This document shows, one piece after another, positions 53,623 through 61,762 of a DNA stretch of 64,000 nucleotides. Made by a program: the position numbers and the translations under genes. The number at the start of each line of letters is the position of its first letter. Position 1 is the first letter of the stretch. The stretch spans positions 54,274,530-54,338,529 of the forward strand of contig NC_068987.1 in the NCBI RefSeq assembly GCF_001194135.2, read 5' to 3'. Below the pieces are notes generated by a model, which made no database searches, was not told the DNA's origin, and worked only from the letters and a program-made list of their open reading frames with translations. Source of the stretch: Octopus bimaculoides. Its lineage: Eukaryota.

Positions 53623-55325
53623 ATGTGAGAGAGTTAGGGGTTGGGGGTTCAACCCACTAAGGGATAGTATCCAGTATACTGCTGGGAGGGTACCCAATTA
53701 TTGCTACACTAGTGCTATCCTAGGTGCAATCAATGGGAGCGGGTAAAAGTGGAGGTTTTACCCAAAATTTGTGTAACAATTAGAAAATGGAGGATAATAT
53801 GCTGAACCCAACTACTCGCAGACGGTGTATCCCGTTGAATTCATTAGTTTAATTCATAGCAAAAGTGACAAAAAAAGGAAGAAAAGAAAAAGAAAGAAAG
53901 AACTAAAGCACAGGTGTCCATGGCAGACTATGTTATTTTGCCAACATGGTTTACATATAGAGGTACAAAGTACATAAGGAATTAGAGGATGATATCAGGT
54001 CATTAAGAATGAAATGTCTGATTTTCTTATGCACCTAGTTTGACAGTCAATAACTCTAATGTTTTGTCCTGACAATTCTTTGTTTTACCACATTCAAGAG
54101 TTACATCATCACTTTTCGAAATGTAATTCATGGTGTCTGATTATATTGTGAGTTTTCTCTTGTAAATCAATTTTTGTGAACCCATGCATAGATCAAAAAT
54201 TTATGTTGTTTATGAATGAGTTCCGTCGTGGAACCAATGCATCCCAGACAGATGGAAGCATCAATGATGTGCTTGGTGAAGATATGGCGAATAAGCGCAC
54301 TGTATGTCAAGAAGTTCCTATCTGGTGACTTTAGTTTTGAAAACCAGCCCTGTGGTAAACTTGAGACCAAGGTGGATAATGATGAGCTGGAAACTGTAGT
54401 GGAAGCAGATACATCTCAAACTACGTATGAGTTAGCAGCAAGGTTTGATGTTTCGATTCCAACTGTATTGGACCATCTGCAACAAATCAGCAAGGTAAAG
54501 AAGCTGGACAAGTGGGTACCACACAAAATGAACTGGCATCAAATGACACGTCGTCTTGAAACTTGCTGTTTTTTGTTGTCACGGCATAAAAGCGAACTAT
54601 TTTTGCATTGTACTGTTACGTGTGATGAAAAATAGGTTCTTTTCAACAATAGCAAGCATTCTGCATGGAGGTTCGATAGAGACGAAGTGCCAAGACAATC
54701 CCAAAAAGAATATTCACCAAAAAAAGGCTAAAGGTGTCTGTTTGGTGGTCTAGCACTGTTGTCATCCACTACAGCTTCATGAGACCGGATAAGGCAATTA
54801 CAGTGAATCAACCAACTGGATGAAATGATGAGTGAACTTGCAAACTGAGATTGGTCGAGACAGGCCAATTCTCTTGCAAGACAATGCTCGACCACATGGT
54901 GCACAAAGAATGCTACTCAAGTTACAGGAACTGAACTTGGAAGTATTTCATCATCTACCATATTCACCAAACCTTGCACCAACTGACTATCATGTTTTCC
55001 AGACATTAGACAACTTTTTGCAATGAAGAAACTTCAAATCTGAAGAAGATGCAAAAATAGCCTTTTGTAATTTCATTTCCTGTTTCTCTCCGGATTTTTT
55101 GCTGCCAACATAAATAAGCTACCGATAAAATGGCAAAATTGTGTGCATACTTTGATTAACTGCATCGCTTTTTGTTGAGATAAAATAAAATAAACTTTCA
55201 GTTCAGAATTGGACATTTCATTCTTAATGACATGATATATATATAGCATTTAATTAAAACTGAAATTGAGTGTTTGCCTCATGATTCAAGTTTCACACTG
55301 ATCTTCAGACAAAACTACAGTGGAG

Positions 55326-55369
<44 letters not shown>

Positions 55370-55957
55370 GTATTTTTATTTTTCATTTTTGTACTCTAAA
55401 TATATGTATAGAACAAAAGTAAAACTAATGAAGATGAAGTAAAAAAAACAAAATATAAACAGGGTATATTTGGTTGAAAACTGAGAGAAGTCTTTAGTGT
55501 TTTAAGCCTACAGTCTTCTACGAAAAGGACAAATGAGGAGAGAGAAAAAACAATAATCCTCTAGCATTTAAGCCAGCCATATCCAGTTCAGATATTCTAC
55601 CTGTTTTATGTTCAAACCAGCCATATCCAGCCTGTCACACCTATCCTTCAAGGTCATTCTAAAATTTAGCAATCATATCATCAAAATCTCAAAGCTATGA
55701 GATAATGCATGATTAATTCAAAACTGTGATTAAATAAGCATAATATTTGATATAGTAATCTGAATGCTAAAGGGTTAAAGTTTTAGTTATTGTATATACA
55801 TACATTTTATACATATACTTATTTTGTTTCTCTTGTAGATTTTCCTCCTGAAACGACGCTGCGTCAAAAGTACAGAGTACTTGGCAACAGTCTTAATGTA
55901 CACGTTGTGGCCGTCCTTATTAAACTTCTCAGCCAGGACTGTAACCTAATGTTATAA
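7140..55957 (+). CDS. TRDMT1: tRNA (cytosine-38-C5)-methyltransferase DNMT2/TRDMT1, 9 coding exons, 418 aa
   Basis: Exons join in frame (76+110+149+112+108+368+58+157+119=1257 nt) across GT-AG introns. Motifs: ELYSGIGG (I), SPPCQPFTR (IV, catalytic Cys), LLENVKGF (VI), [10 protein letters not shown] (VIII), the DNMT2-specific [14 protein letters not shown] (IX) and [10 protein letters not shown] (X). Confidence 0.97.
8121..8478 (-). mobile_element. tRNA/CORE-like SINE family A with internal microsatellite
   Basis: Head GGCTGTGTGGTAAG...GTTCAGTTCC, CORE-like ACCTTGGGCAAGTG, tail GCTCCAGCATGGCC...GAAACAA. More than 15 copies in the window, e.g. 2191-2406, 19241-19394, 28915-29110, 29588-29972, 37505-37650, 61441-61650. 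Confidence 0.85.
9277..9705 (-). mobile_element. RTE-type LINE 3' end with four ~65-bp internal tandem units and an (ATG)n tail
   Basis: Tail GGACGTTAAACGATGATGAT. Longer copies (18180-18295, 58258-58430) extend into the RTE ORF2 C-terminus (GRGRPRKTW.EVVK.DL..L.LTEAM...DLW). Confidence 0.8.
10087..10657 (-). mobile_element. SINE family A (gap inside internal microsatellite)
   Basis: Same head and tail as the 8121 copy. Confidence 0.8.
11279..11533 (+). mobile_element. RTE-type LINE 3' end
   Basis: GGTTGGCGTTAGGAAGGGCA core and (ATG)n tail. Confidence 0.75.
11671..11990. repeat. Unclassified ~320-bp interspersed repeat, copy 1
   Basis: Aligns by eye, same orientation, with 21592-21920 (e.g. 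CAGTATAGTTTGTTCTAACAGAACATCCA is identical). Confidence 0.8.
12041..12565 (+). mobile_element. SINE family A with a nested insert in its (TA)n tract
   Basis: Head, then (TA)n, then a foreign ~150-bp segment at 12180-12345, then the tail. Confidence 0.8.
12591..13840 (-). mobile_element. Tc1-family transposon, decayed, near full length
   Basis: ORF 13350..13691 is Tc1 HTH-like ([11 protein letters not shown]). Internal SVMVWG and [11 protein letters not shown] motifs. TIRs TGACAGAAGT(A/G)AATA.ACACCC at about 12596 and 13811-13835. Confidence 0.9.
13855..14158 (+). mobile_element. RTE-type LINE 3' end with two tandem units
   Basis: Same family as 9277-9705, opposite orientation. Confidence 0.8.
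15209..17907 (-). mobile_element. Tigger/pogo-family transposon, frameshifted, full length
   Basis: TIR CAGG(C/T)ATACCTT with TA flanks at 15207-15208 and 17908-17909. HTH-psq (17142..17381), CENP-B HTH ([12 protein letters not shown]) and DDE_1 (LLFLDNAP; LQPMDQGII) fragments. Confidence 0.93.
17919..18295 (-). mobile_element. RTE-type LINE 3' end including the ORF2 C-terminus
   Basis: [30 protein letters not shown] on minus; (ATG)n tail. Confidence 0.8.
19866..21092 (-). mobile_element. Mariner transposon (irritans-like), decayed, full length
   Basis: TIR AAGGGT.(A/G)GCTGAAAAGTTCATAGGCT.AC with TA flanks. Fragments [12 protein letters not shown]...[12 protein letters not shown] and [16 protein letters not shown]. 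Confidence 0.9.
21289..21505. mobile_element. About 215-bp mariner-type MITE, copy 2
   Basis: Same TIR and internal sequence as 4663-4877; TA flanks. Confidence 0.85.
21520..21920. repeat. Unclassified repeat, copy 2, with a ~45-bp terminal direct repeat
   Basis: Matches 11671-11990. 21523-21566 resembles 21877-21920. Confidence 0.75.
22143..22252 (+). CDS. TRDMT1: TRDMT1 exon 2 ([37 protein letters not shown])
   Basis: Acceptor TTTCTTACAG, donor GTAAGT, 110 nt; motif II/III similarity to DNMT2. Confidence 0.95.
22297..22690 (-). mobile_element. SINE family A starting 45 nt after exon 2
   Basis: Family A head and tail. Confidence 0.8.
22781..23030 (+). mobile_element. tRNA-derived CORE-like SINE (family E)
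   Basis: GGCTTAGTGGTTAG...GTTTCAATTCC head and TTGAGCAAAACA...TTGCTCCAGTCCACTCAG core. Related copies at 27890-28110, 32440-32580 (-), 35880-36150 and 60900-61000 (-). Confidence 0.7.
23220..23442. mobile_element. About 220-bp piggyBac-type MITE
   Basis: TTAA|CCCTTTAGCATT...AATGCTAAA(A)GAG. Six copies in the window. Confidence 0.8.
23480..23895. repeat. AT-rich tandem array of ~95-bp units ending GAAAGGGTTA(A)
   Basis: Repeated TTCTT.GTTAT..TCAAAATTAAT.GAA...GTATTTCA..AGA.ATAT...GAAAGGGTTA. The ends resemble the TTAACCCTTTCGTTAC element at 44959. Confidence 0.6.
24108..24315. repeat. (CAT/CAC)n low-complexity tract (similar tracts at 3770-3975, 34340-34605, 34985-35130, 38180-38460, 44260-44410)
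   Basis: Seen directly; these explain the poly-T/I/M/V/N/H ORFs. Confidence 0.9.
24720..25033. mobile_element. hAT/Charlie-type MITE
   Basis: TIR CAG(A/T)GGTTCTCA; 8-bp flanks GTCTAGAA and ATCTAGAT (NTCTAGAN target). Confidence 0.85.
25940..26328. mobile_element. piggyBac-type MITE interrupted by an RTE 3' fragment (26015-26232)
   Basis: TTAA at 25936-25939 and 26329-26332. Both halves match the 23220 copy. Confidence 0.75.
26453..26601 (+). CDS. TRDMT1: TRDMT1 exon 3 ([49 protein letters not shown])
   Basis: Acceptor TTTATTTGCAG, donor GTAAGT, 149 nt; catalytic PPCQ motif. Confidence 0.96.
26833..27765 (+). mobile_element. Internally deleted mariner with a nested SINE
   Basis: TIR GGGTACCCAAAAG(T)AACCA at 26836 and its inverse at 27737-27765, then TA. 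Transposase fragments [43 protein letters not shown] and [10 protein letters not shown]. Confidence 0.85.
26909..27138 (+). mobile_element. Full-length SINE family B with a 17-bp TSD
   Basis: ACTTCCACTGCTAGAAG is duplicated at 26892-26908 and 27139-27155. Confidence 0.92.
29133..29570 (-). mobile_element. SINE family A (one of three stacked copies in 28915-29972)
   Basis: Near-consensus head and tail with internal (CA)/(TA) tract. Confidence 0.85.
30038..30250 (+). mobile_element. SINE family B
   Basis: GCTAGCAGAAATGTTAGCACGCC head. Confidence 0.8.
30746..31269. mobile_element. hAT-type non-autonomous element
   Basis: TIR CA(A/G)GGGTCACCAAA; 8-bp flanks TCCTAAAC and TACTAAAC. Confidence 0.8.
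32860..33300 (-). mobile_element. SINE family A
   Basis: Family A head and tail. Confidence 0.8.
33777..34124. mobile_element. hAT/Charlie-type MITE, second copy of the 24720 family
   Basis: 8-bp flanks ATCTAGAG and GTCTAGAG; internal match to 24720-25033. Confidence 0.85.
34849..34960 (+). CDS. TRDMT1: TRDMT1 exon 4 ([38 protein letters not shown])
   Basis: Acceptor TATTCCAG, donor GTGAGC, 112 nt; ENV motif VI. Confidence 0.96.
36934..37156. mobile_element. piggyBac-type MITE (inverted relative to 23220)
   Basis: TTAA at 36930-36933 and 37157-37160. Confidence 0.85.
39171..39278 (+). CDS. TRDMT1: TRDMT1 exon 5 ([36 protein letters not shown])
   Basis: Acceptor TGTTCTGCAG, donor GTAAGT, 108 nt; motif VIII. 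Confidence 0.95.
39787..40006. mobile_element. piggyBac-type MITE directly upstream of exon 6
   Basis: TTAA at 39783-39786 and 40007-40010. Confidence 0.85.
40049..40416 (+). CDS. TRDMT1: TRDMT1 exon 6 (variable region through [16 protein letters not shown])
   Basis: Acceptor CATTTCAG, donor GTAAAG, 368 nt; matches track ORF 40049..40420; CFT motif. Confidence 0.93.
41010..41430 (+). mobile_element. Two tandem SINE family B copies
   Basis: Copies at about 41010-41200 and 41217-41430. Confidence 0.8.
41813..41870 (+). CDS. TRDMT1: TRDMT1 exon 7 ([20 protein letters not shown])
   Basis: Acceptor TTTCTATTAG, donor GTAAGT, 58 nt; DNMT2-typical YG-Y-EG-GS segment. Confidence 0.95.
42037..42308. 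repeat. Long inverted repeat: 128-bp arms, 16-nt loop, 124/128 identity
   Basis: Base-by-base comparison of 42037-42164 with the reverse complement of 42181-42308. Confidence 0.97.
43235..43391 (+). CDS. TRDMT1: TRDMT1 exon 8 (SVKDAYDLK...[22 protein letters not shown])
   Basis: Acceptor AACTTCAG, donor GTGAGT, 157 nt; motif IX. Confidence 0.94.
44755..45175. mobile_element. Truncated piggyBac-type MITE followed by a second TTAA|CCCTTTCGTTAC element
   Basis: 44755-44958 matches the 23220 family. A new element starts after the TTAA at 44959-44962. Confidence 0.65.
45185..46149 (-). mobile_element. Mariner transposon (cecropia/Hsmar1-like), 3'-truncated
   Basis: [20 protein letters not shown] and FQDK/ARP-like motifs. 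5' TIR TTAGGTTGTCAAGAAAGTTCTT with TA at 46150-46151. Confidence 0.9.
46470..47150 (-). mobile_element. RTE-like LINE reverse-transcriptase fragment
   Basis: [21 protein letters not shown]...FVGFSHGFD (RT domains 1-3); AGPDEIP-like motif upstream. Confidence 0.8.
47456..47863 (+). mobile_element. Full-length SINE family A
   Basis: Complete head through GAGTAAAGAG tail. Confidence 0.9.
48944..49347 (-). mobile_element. Full-length SINE family A
   Basis: Inverted relative to the 47456 copy. Confidence 0.85.
50413..50928 (-). mobile_element. Full-length SINE family A (gap inside internal microsatellite)
   Basis: Near-consensus head and tail. Confidence 0.88.
51358..51572. mobile_element. About 215-bp mariner-type MITE, copy 3
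   Basis: Matches 4663-4877. Confidence 0.8.
53995..55235 (+). mobile_element. Mariner transposon, decayed, full length (1241 bp)
   Basis: 24-bp TIRs TCAGGTCATTAAGAATGAAATGTC (1 mismatch) with TA flanks. Motifs WVPHK, VTCDEK, QDNARPH and [11 protein letters not shown]. Confidence 0.95.
55557..55774. mobile_element. piggyBac-type MITE upstream of exon 9
   Basis: Ends AATGCTAAAGGG|TTAA (55775-55778). Confidence 0.82.
55839..55957 (+). CDS. TRDMT1: TRDMT1 exon 9, terminal ([39 protein letters not shown])
   Basis: Acceptor TCTCTTGTAG, motif X, TAA at 55955-55957. Confidence 0.96.
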
Positions 55958-56319
55958 CGCAAGTGGTGCTCTCTCTCTCTCTCTCAACCAATCACAGACA
56001 GACAGATATATATTTATTTTTATAAAATATACATATAATGTAAATTTGAATTATGAGACTGGCTCTGTTGAGTCAGATTATGTTGTGATTTTTGTAGAGC
56101 CATGTTTATTTTCATTTTCCAAAATTTTATTTTTGGCTTGCTATTTTGTAAAACCAGAAAGAGATATAGATATTTCTTCATTTTATTCTTTTATTATCGT
56201 ACTTCTTACTATCCAAGTCATACATGAAATTGTTTGCATCTGCTGCTGAATATTAGCAGTAAGGAAAGTGAATGAGAAAGGAAGGTAATAACAAAGCTTG
56301 GTTTTATGAACTGGTAAAA

Positions 56320-56352
56320 AATAAAAATAAAATAAAAAAAACATAAATAAAT
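56320..56352 (+). terminator. Candidate poly(A) signal cluster for TRDMT1
   Basis: Several overlapping AATAAA hexamers about 365 nt after the stop. The context is A-rich, so they could be chance. Confidence 0.4.
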
Positions 56353-56483
56353 ATATAAACATTTATAATATGCATTTCATTGTATTGTAGAATTCTTGTG
56401 TGTTTGTCTGTCTGCCTTCTCTCTCTCTCTCTCTCCCCCTCTGTCTCTGCATACACATATACATATATATATATATGTATATG

Positions 56484-56748
56484 TCATCATCATCATCGTT
56501 TAATGTCTGTTTTCCATGCTGGCATGGGTTAAATGGTTTGACGGGAGCTGGAGAGCTGCCGAGGCTCCATGTCTGTTTTGGCATGGTTTCTACAGCTGGA
56601 TGCCTTTCCTAACACCCACCACTGGCATTGGACACAACTACAATTTCACTTGGCTTGGCAGATCTTCTCAAGCATGGCATATTGTCAAAGGTTTCAGTCA
56701 CTTGCCATTGCCTCCATGAGGCCCAGCATTCGAAGATCATGCTTCACC
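56484..56748 (-). mobile_element. RTE-type LINE 3' fragment
   Basis: (ATG)n tail plus ORF2 C-terminal remnant. Confidence 0.75.
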
Positions 56749-56767
56749 ATATATATTTTTATATATA

Positions 56768-56802
<35 letters not shown>

Positions 56803-57413
56803 CGTGAGNNNNNNNNNNNNNNNNNNNNNNNNNNNNNNNNNNNNNNNNNNNNNNNNNNNNNNNNNNNNNNNNNNNNNNNNNNNNNNNNNNNNNNNNNNNN
56901 NNNNNNNNNNNNNNNNNNNNNNNNNNNNNNNNNNNNNNNNNNNNNNNNNNNNNNNNNNNNNNNNNNNNNNNNNNNNNNNNNNNNNNNNNNNNNNNNNNNN
57001 NNNNNNNNNNNNNNNNNNNNNNNNNNNNNNNNNNNNNNNNNNNNNNNNNNNNNNNNNNNNNNNNNNNNNNNNNNNNNNNNNNNNNNNNNNNNNNNNNNNN
57101 NNNNNNNNNNNNNNNNNNNNNNNNNNNNNNNNNNNNNNNNNNNNNNNNNNNNNNNNNNNNNNNNNNNNNNNNNNNNNNNNNNNNNNNNNNNNNNNNNNNN
57201 NNNNNNNNNNNNNNNNNNNNNNNNNNNNNNNNNNNNNNNNNNNNNNNNNNNNNNNNNNNNNNNNNNNNNNNNNNNNNNNNNNNNNNNNNNNNNNNNNNNN
57301 NNNNNNNNNNNNNNNNNNNNNNNNNNNNNNNNNNNNNNNNNNNNNNNNNNNNNNNNACAGCCTTCCTGTCACCAAGCCCCGCCTGTTTGCAAGCAAGTTA
57401 ATCTTTCCCCAAG

Positions 57414-57598
57414 GCGGTGAGCTAGCAAAAACATTAGCACGCCAGGCAAAATGCTTAGTGGTATTTCATCTGCCTTTACATTCTGAGTTAAAATTCTGCC
57501 ATGGTCAACTTTGCCTTTCATCGTTTCGATGTCGATCTAACTGACTGGCCACCTCCCCCAAAATTTTGGGCCTTGTACCTAGAGTAGAAAAGAATATT
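57414..57598 (+). mobile_element. SINE family B
   Basis: GGCGGTGAGCTAGCAAAAACATTAGCACGCC head. Confidence 0.8.
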
Positions 57599-58257
57599 TC
57601 CCCATGGCCAGACATGTTTTTCTCAAATGGCTGGAAATGAATAACATCACTTGCATGAGAGTGGTGCTCATTCACAACCATGGTATCTAGATATAAATAC
57701 CTGCAAACAAACAAACACACACACACACACACACATACATACACATATAGTTATTAATGAAGGATTGTCAATCCAGACAAAATACTTTATAAGCACTCTG
57801 TTAGTACACCAAGCTGGCAATATTGTTTAGATTAGTAAAGAACTCTGAATATTCTTGTGGCAGGGTCCAAGATTATAGTTCATCACCATTCTATATTGTA
57901 AATCCATGGTTGTGTTCCAGTTATACTGGGGTTTTTTTTTTTATACAGAGTGATATACAAGACAAGGATTAAATAATGATCATTGCATATTTATTTATTG
58001 TAGCAAATTTATTTCCAGTAGTCATAGGTTCGTTATTGAACCGGAAATGACTTTGATAAAAGTAGCATTAATTTTCTACGCTTTTCAGTTTTTCTCAATC
58101 GATCAATGAGCTGATTAACTAAACCTATCAAGAACAAACCTATAATGACTACCGGAAACAGTTGTAAGTCAAATTCAGTTATAATAAAGAAATATGCAAT
58201 GACCATTATTTATGCCTTGTCAAGCATCTTGAGAGAAAAGGTAGGCATAAGAGGCAT

Positions 58258-58870
58258 CAGATGTGGTGTGCAAGAGAGATGACTGTGCAGGTATGGTAAC
58301 TGTGGAGGAAGTCTGTGGTAGAGGTAGACCCAGGAAGACATGGGGCGAGGTGGTGAAGCATGATCTTCAAACTTTGAGCCTCACAGAGGCAATGATTAGT
58401 CACCGAGACCTTTGGCAATGTGTTGTAGTTGAGAGAACCTTTCAAGCCAAGTGCACCCGTGCTGGTAGTGCGTAAAGTACACCTTTTGAGCATTGGGCCT
58501 CACAGAGGCAAAGTGGTTGAGTTCCTTTCAAGTGCTGGGCCTCACAAAAGCAATGACCAAGACCTTTGGCATTATGTTGTGCTTGAGAAGAAGACCTGTC
58601 AAGCCGAGCAAAATTGCACTCAAGGCAGATATCGGTGTCGTGCAAATTGGCACATAAAAGCACCCTGGTGTCACACAAATGGCACTTATGCTGGTGATAC
58701 ATAAAAGCACCCATTACACTCTCAGAGTGGTTGGCATTAGGAAGAGCATCCAGCCATAGAAAACCATGCCAAATCAGACTGGATTCTGCTGCAGCCTTCC
58801 AGTGTACCAGCCCGGTCAAACTGTCCAACCCATGCCAGCATGGACAATGGACATTAAAGATGATGATGAT
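58258..58870 (+). mobile_element. RTE-type LINE 3' end with an internally duplicated ORF2 C-terminus
   Basis: ORF 58263..58475 contains CGRGRPRKTWGEVVKHDL; the GGCCTCACAGAGGCA segment is repeated; (ATG)n tail. Confidence 0.85.
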
Positions 58871-59859
58871 GATATATATGTGTGTGTATGTACGTATATA
58901 TGAATGCATACATACATTCATATATTATGTGTGTGTGCATATACACATGCATCTCTATGTTTGTGTTTGTCTTACGGAATTCATATTTCACTCATCTCCA
59001 CACCAGTTTACTGGTTGTAAACAATAGCCTCACTGATAGGTTTTATTTGTTTCCAGTTCTCCAAGTAAACATACCTATTTGTTACTCAATAGACTAGGAG
59101 ACAGGTTGTTCATTTTAGAAAGGGCATCCATTGTACTCGTTTCACCCACACAAGCATGGAAAAGGAGATATTAAAAATAATAATGAGGATGATAATTAAT
59201 ATCATATTGGAATCAAAACTAGGTCACAGATTTTGTTGCACAGGAACTGGTTTTTTTAATCATTCAAGTGGGTTAATGATTCTTTGTTTTCTCTTGCTTC
59301 TTGTTTCTTCTGAGTCAGTGATAAGAAAAAAAGCAATTAAATTTCTAAAAAAAATAGAAATTATATATACTGATAAAAATAAGGAATTCATTAAATACGA
59401 TAGGATTCATGTTACCACACCTACTCATTGTGTAATTAAGATCTTTGGCCTAGTTTGATGTGGGATAGAATTTATTTTGTTTTGTTTGTATTTGCTTTTT
59501 GCGGGGTGGGTTTATTATTATTATTATTATTAATTGTGTTACTGCCAGAATGTAACTGAAACAGATGCTGCATGGAAAGAAATAGATATTAAGCCAATAA
59601 TAATAATGCCATTAAAGATAAAGACATTGCTGATGGATGGTAGCTGGTGGAGGCAGCAGTTGCAGCATTGATAGTGAGGGTGAGGCTGATAGGGCAATGA
59701 TTATGTCCATGATTGTCATGGCAGAGGTTTTTATGATGACAAACTTGAAAAGAAGTGGGATTTTGTTAACCCTTTTGATACTAATCTGCATGAGACTATC
59801 TAATACTCTGTGGTAGAACCTTTTTGTTTTAAAGCTATTTGAAATAATAATGATGAACT

Positions 59860-60310
59860 TATACAGTGCTCAGGTGCATTACAACTCATCAGAAAAAGTA
59901 ACCAAAGCTGCATGAACAGTGCACAGAATATGCACAGGAAGTGAACAATGAAATAGTCTTGAAAAGGAAATGAGGGTCGGCGGCATCAGGTGTACTGTTG
60001 GCAAATTTCAGGAAGCATGGAAGTTTTGAAGGATGTAGTGTCCCAACAACTAAGAACTGACGTAGGTAGTTTATTCCATGCTTCAGCAATTCTGAGCATG
60101 AAAAAATATTTTCAAAAGTCATGGGTGCTGTGTTATATTTTTTTGATTTTGTAAGCATGTCCACAAGTGTTAGACTTATGGAATTCAAAAAGGCGCCCAA
60201 GGTTGTTGTTGGAAAGACGGTGAATAATCTTGTGGTATATATCAAGTCAGTTGCCAGACATCGTTACAAACCTTCCATAGAAATTTCATATTAATTGATG
60301 TTCCAGACAA
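59860..60310 (-). mobile_element. CR1/L2-like LINE ORF2 C-terminal fragment
   Basis: Minus frame reads SNTCGHAYKIK...FFMLRIAEAWNKLPTSVLSC...SFKTSMLPEIC, the TRGH...FF..R....WN.LP pattern. Confidence 0.75.
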
Positions 60311-60358
60311 TAATCTAATCATAAAATTATTTTACAAAATTTTTGATTATTTTCTCCT

Positions 60359-60567
60359 TAGGGTGCTGAAAAGTTCCTGGTTTTAAGGGTATCATAAAAG
60401 ACTTACTTGGAGGCCCAACCTTCCAAGTTCTTTTACAGGGCTTAGAAAAACTGAGGGATGCTGCAATAAGTGTGTGATCTGAGAGGGGAATGTGTTGAAT
60501 AAAATCATTATTAACTAATCCACCTGTATTTTGTTTTACCCAAAGCCAGGAACTTTACAGCCCCTCA
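60359..60567. mobile_element. About 215-bp mariner-type MITE, copy 4
   Basis: Matches 4663-4877. Confidence 0.8.
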
Positions 60568-61724
60568 TACTTTATTTTATTTTCTCAGCTCTGAATAGAT
60601 CAAAATCAAACGCATCTTTTACAGGATTTAAACTCAAAATCTAAAGAGACTTAATTAAATGCTGCACTGACATTTTTGTCTGACACTCCACTGATTGTCC
60701 TCAGGTCACTCTGAAATAAACAACACAACAATATTAAGAAACTTTAGAGTTTCTGTTAATGCTTTTGTTTGGTTAATCTGGCCAACAATTAATGGCAATC
60801 AACCCATGACCATCCCTTTTTTCTTACTTTATTTCCAAGACTACTTTATCCAAAGTGAAGGCATGTGGCCTAATTTTTAGGATTGCTAGACTGTGGGTTT
60901 GATTTGCAGACAAGACAGTGTGTTGTGTTCATGCACAAAGCACTTTATTTTATGTTGCTCCAGTCCCCTTTCGATCAAGGGGAAGTATTGGCTTGCTCGC
61001 CTAGCTAATGGGGTGGCATCATTTGATGGCAAAATCAATGCAAAGTGCATTGTGACTAGCGATATGTAACAGCGTCTGATAGTTTGGTCAATCATATCCA
61101 ATCAATCCACTTTATCCAATGTAATCCTTTGTTTTTTTTTTTTCTAAGACATTAAAATTGCAACCATGAAGCAATTTGGTTACTATCTCTAACAGGTGCA
61201 TGGCCTAATGATTACAGTTCTGATTGCTTTCTAATTCAAGTAGTGCATTGTATCCTTGAGCAAGACACTTCATTTTCCCATTGTTCTAATCCACTCAAAT
61301 GAAAATGAGTACCAATAACGGCTGGAATTTAAATCTGCAACAACAGACTAACATCCCATCCAGAATGGTGAGATTGTCATGTACTCTCAATGTTACTTCT
61401 AATTTTTTGCTCCAGATGTGCACAGAAATTTGCATACTTATGCAGGCATGGCTGTGTGGTAAGAAGCTTGCTTCCCAATCATGTGGCTTCCGGCTCGGTC
61501 CCACTTGAAGAGTTTTAGTCTAGCAAATCGAACTCAGTATGTTTTTTTGTTTTTCTTTAAGCCTGTTACTTATTTCGTCAGCCTCTTTTGCTAAACCACC
61601 AAGTTATGGGAACATAAACAAACACTGGTTGTCTAACAGTGGGAGGTAGATATATGTGTGTGTGAAGTGAGAAGAATTATGAAAATACACACACACATAT
61701 ATGACGTACATGTGTGTGTGTGTG

Positions 61725-61761
<37 letters not shown>

Positions 61762-61762
<1 letters not shown>

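Noticed and set aside
54216-55026. Active mariner transposase
   Set aside because: Multiple stops and frameshifts. The same holds for all other transposase fragments in the window.
7140-55957. Bacterial Dcm-like or restriction-modification methyltransferase, or DNMT1/DNMT3
   Set aside because: Eight spliceosomal introns, the CFT motif, the PPCQPFTR and LGNSLNV signatures, and no N-terminal regulatory domains identify it as DNMT2.
59156-59458. 100-aa ORF with a hydrophobic stretch
   Set aside because: AT-rich low-complexity sequence with no recognisable motif or convincing splice signals.
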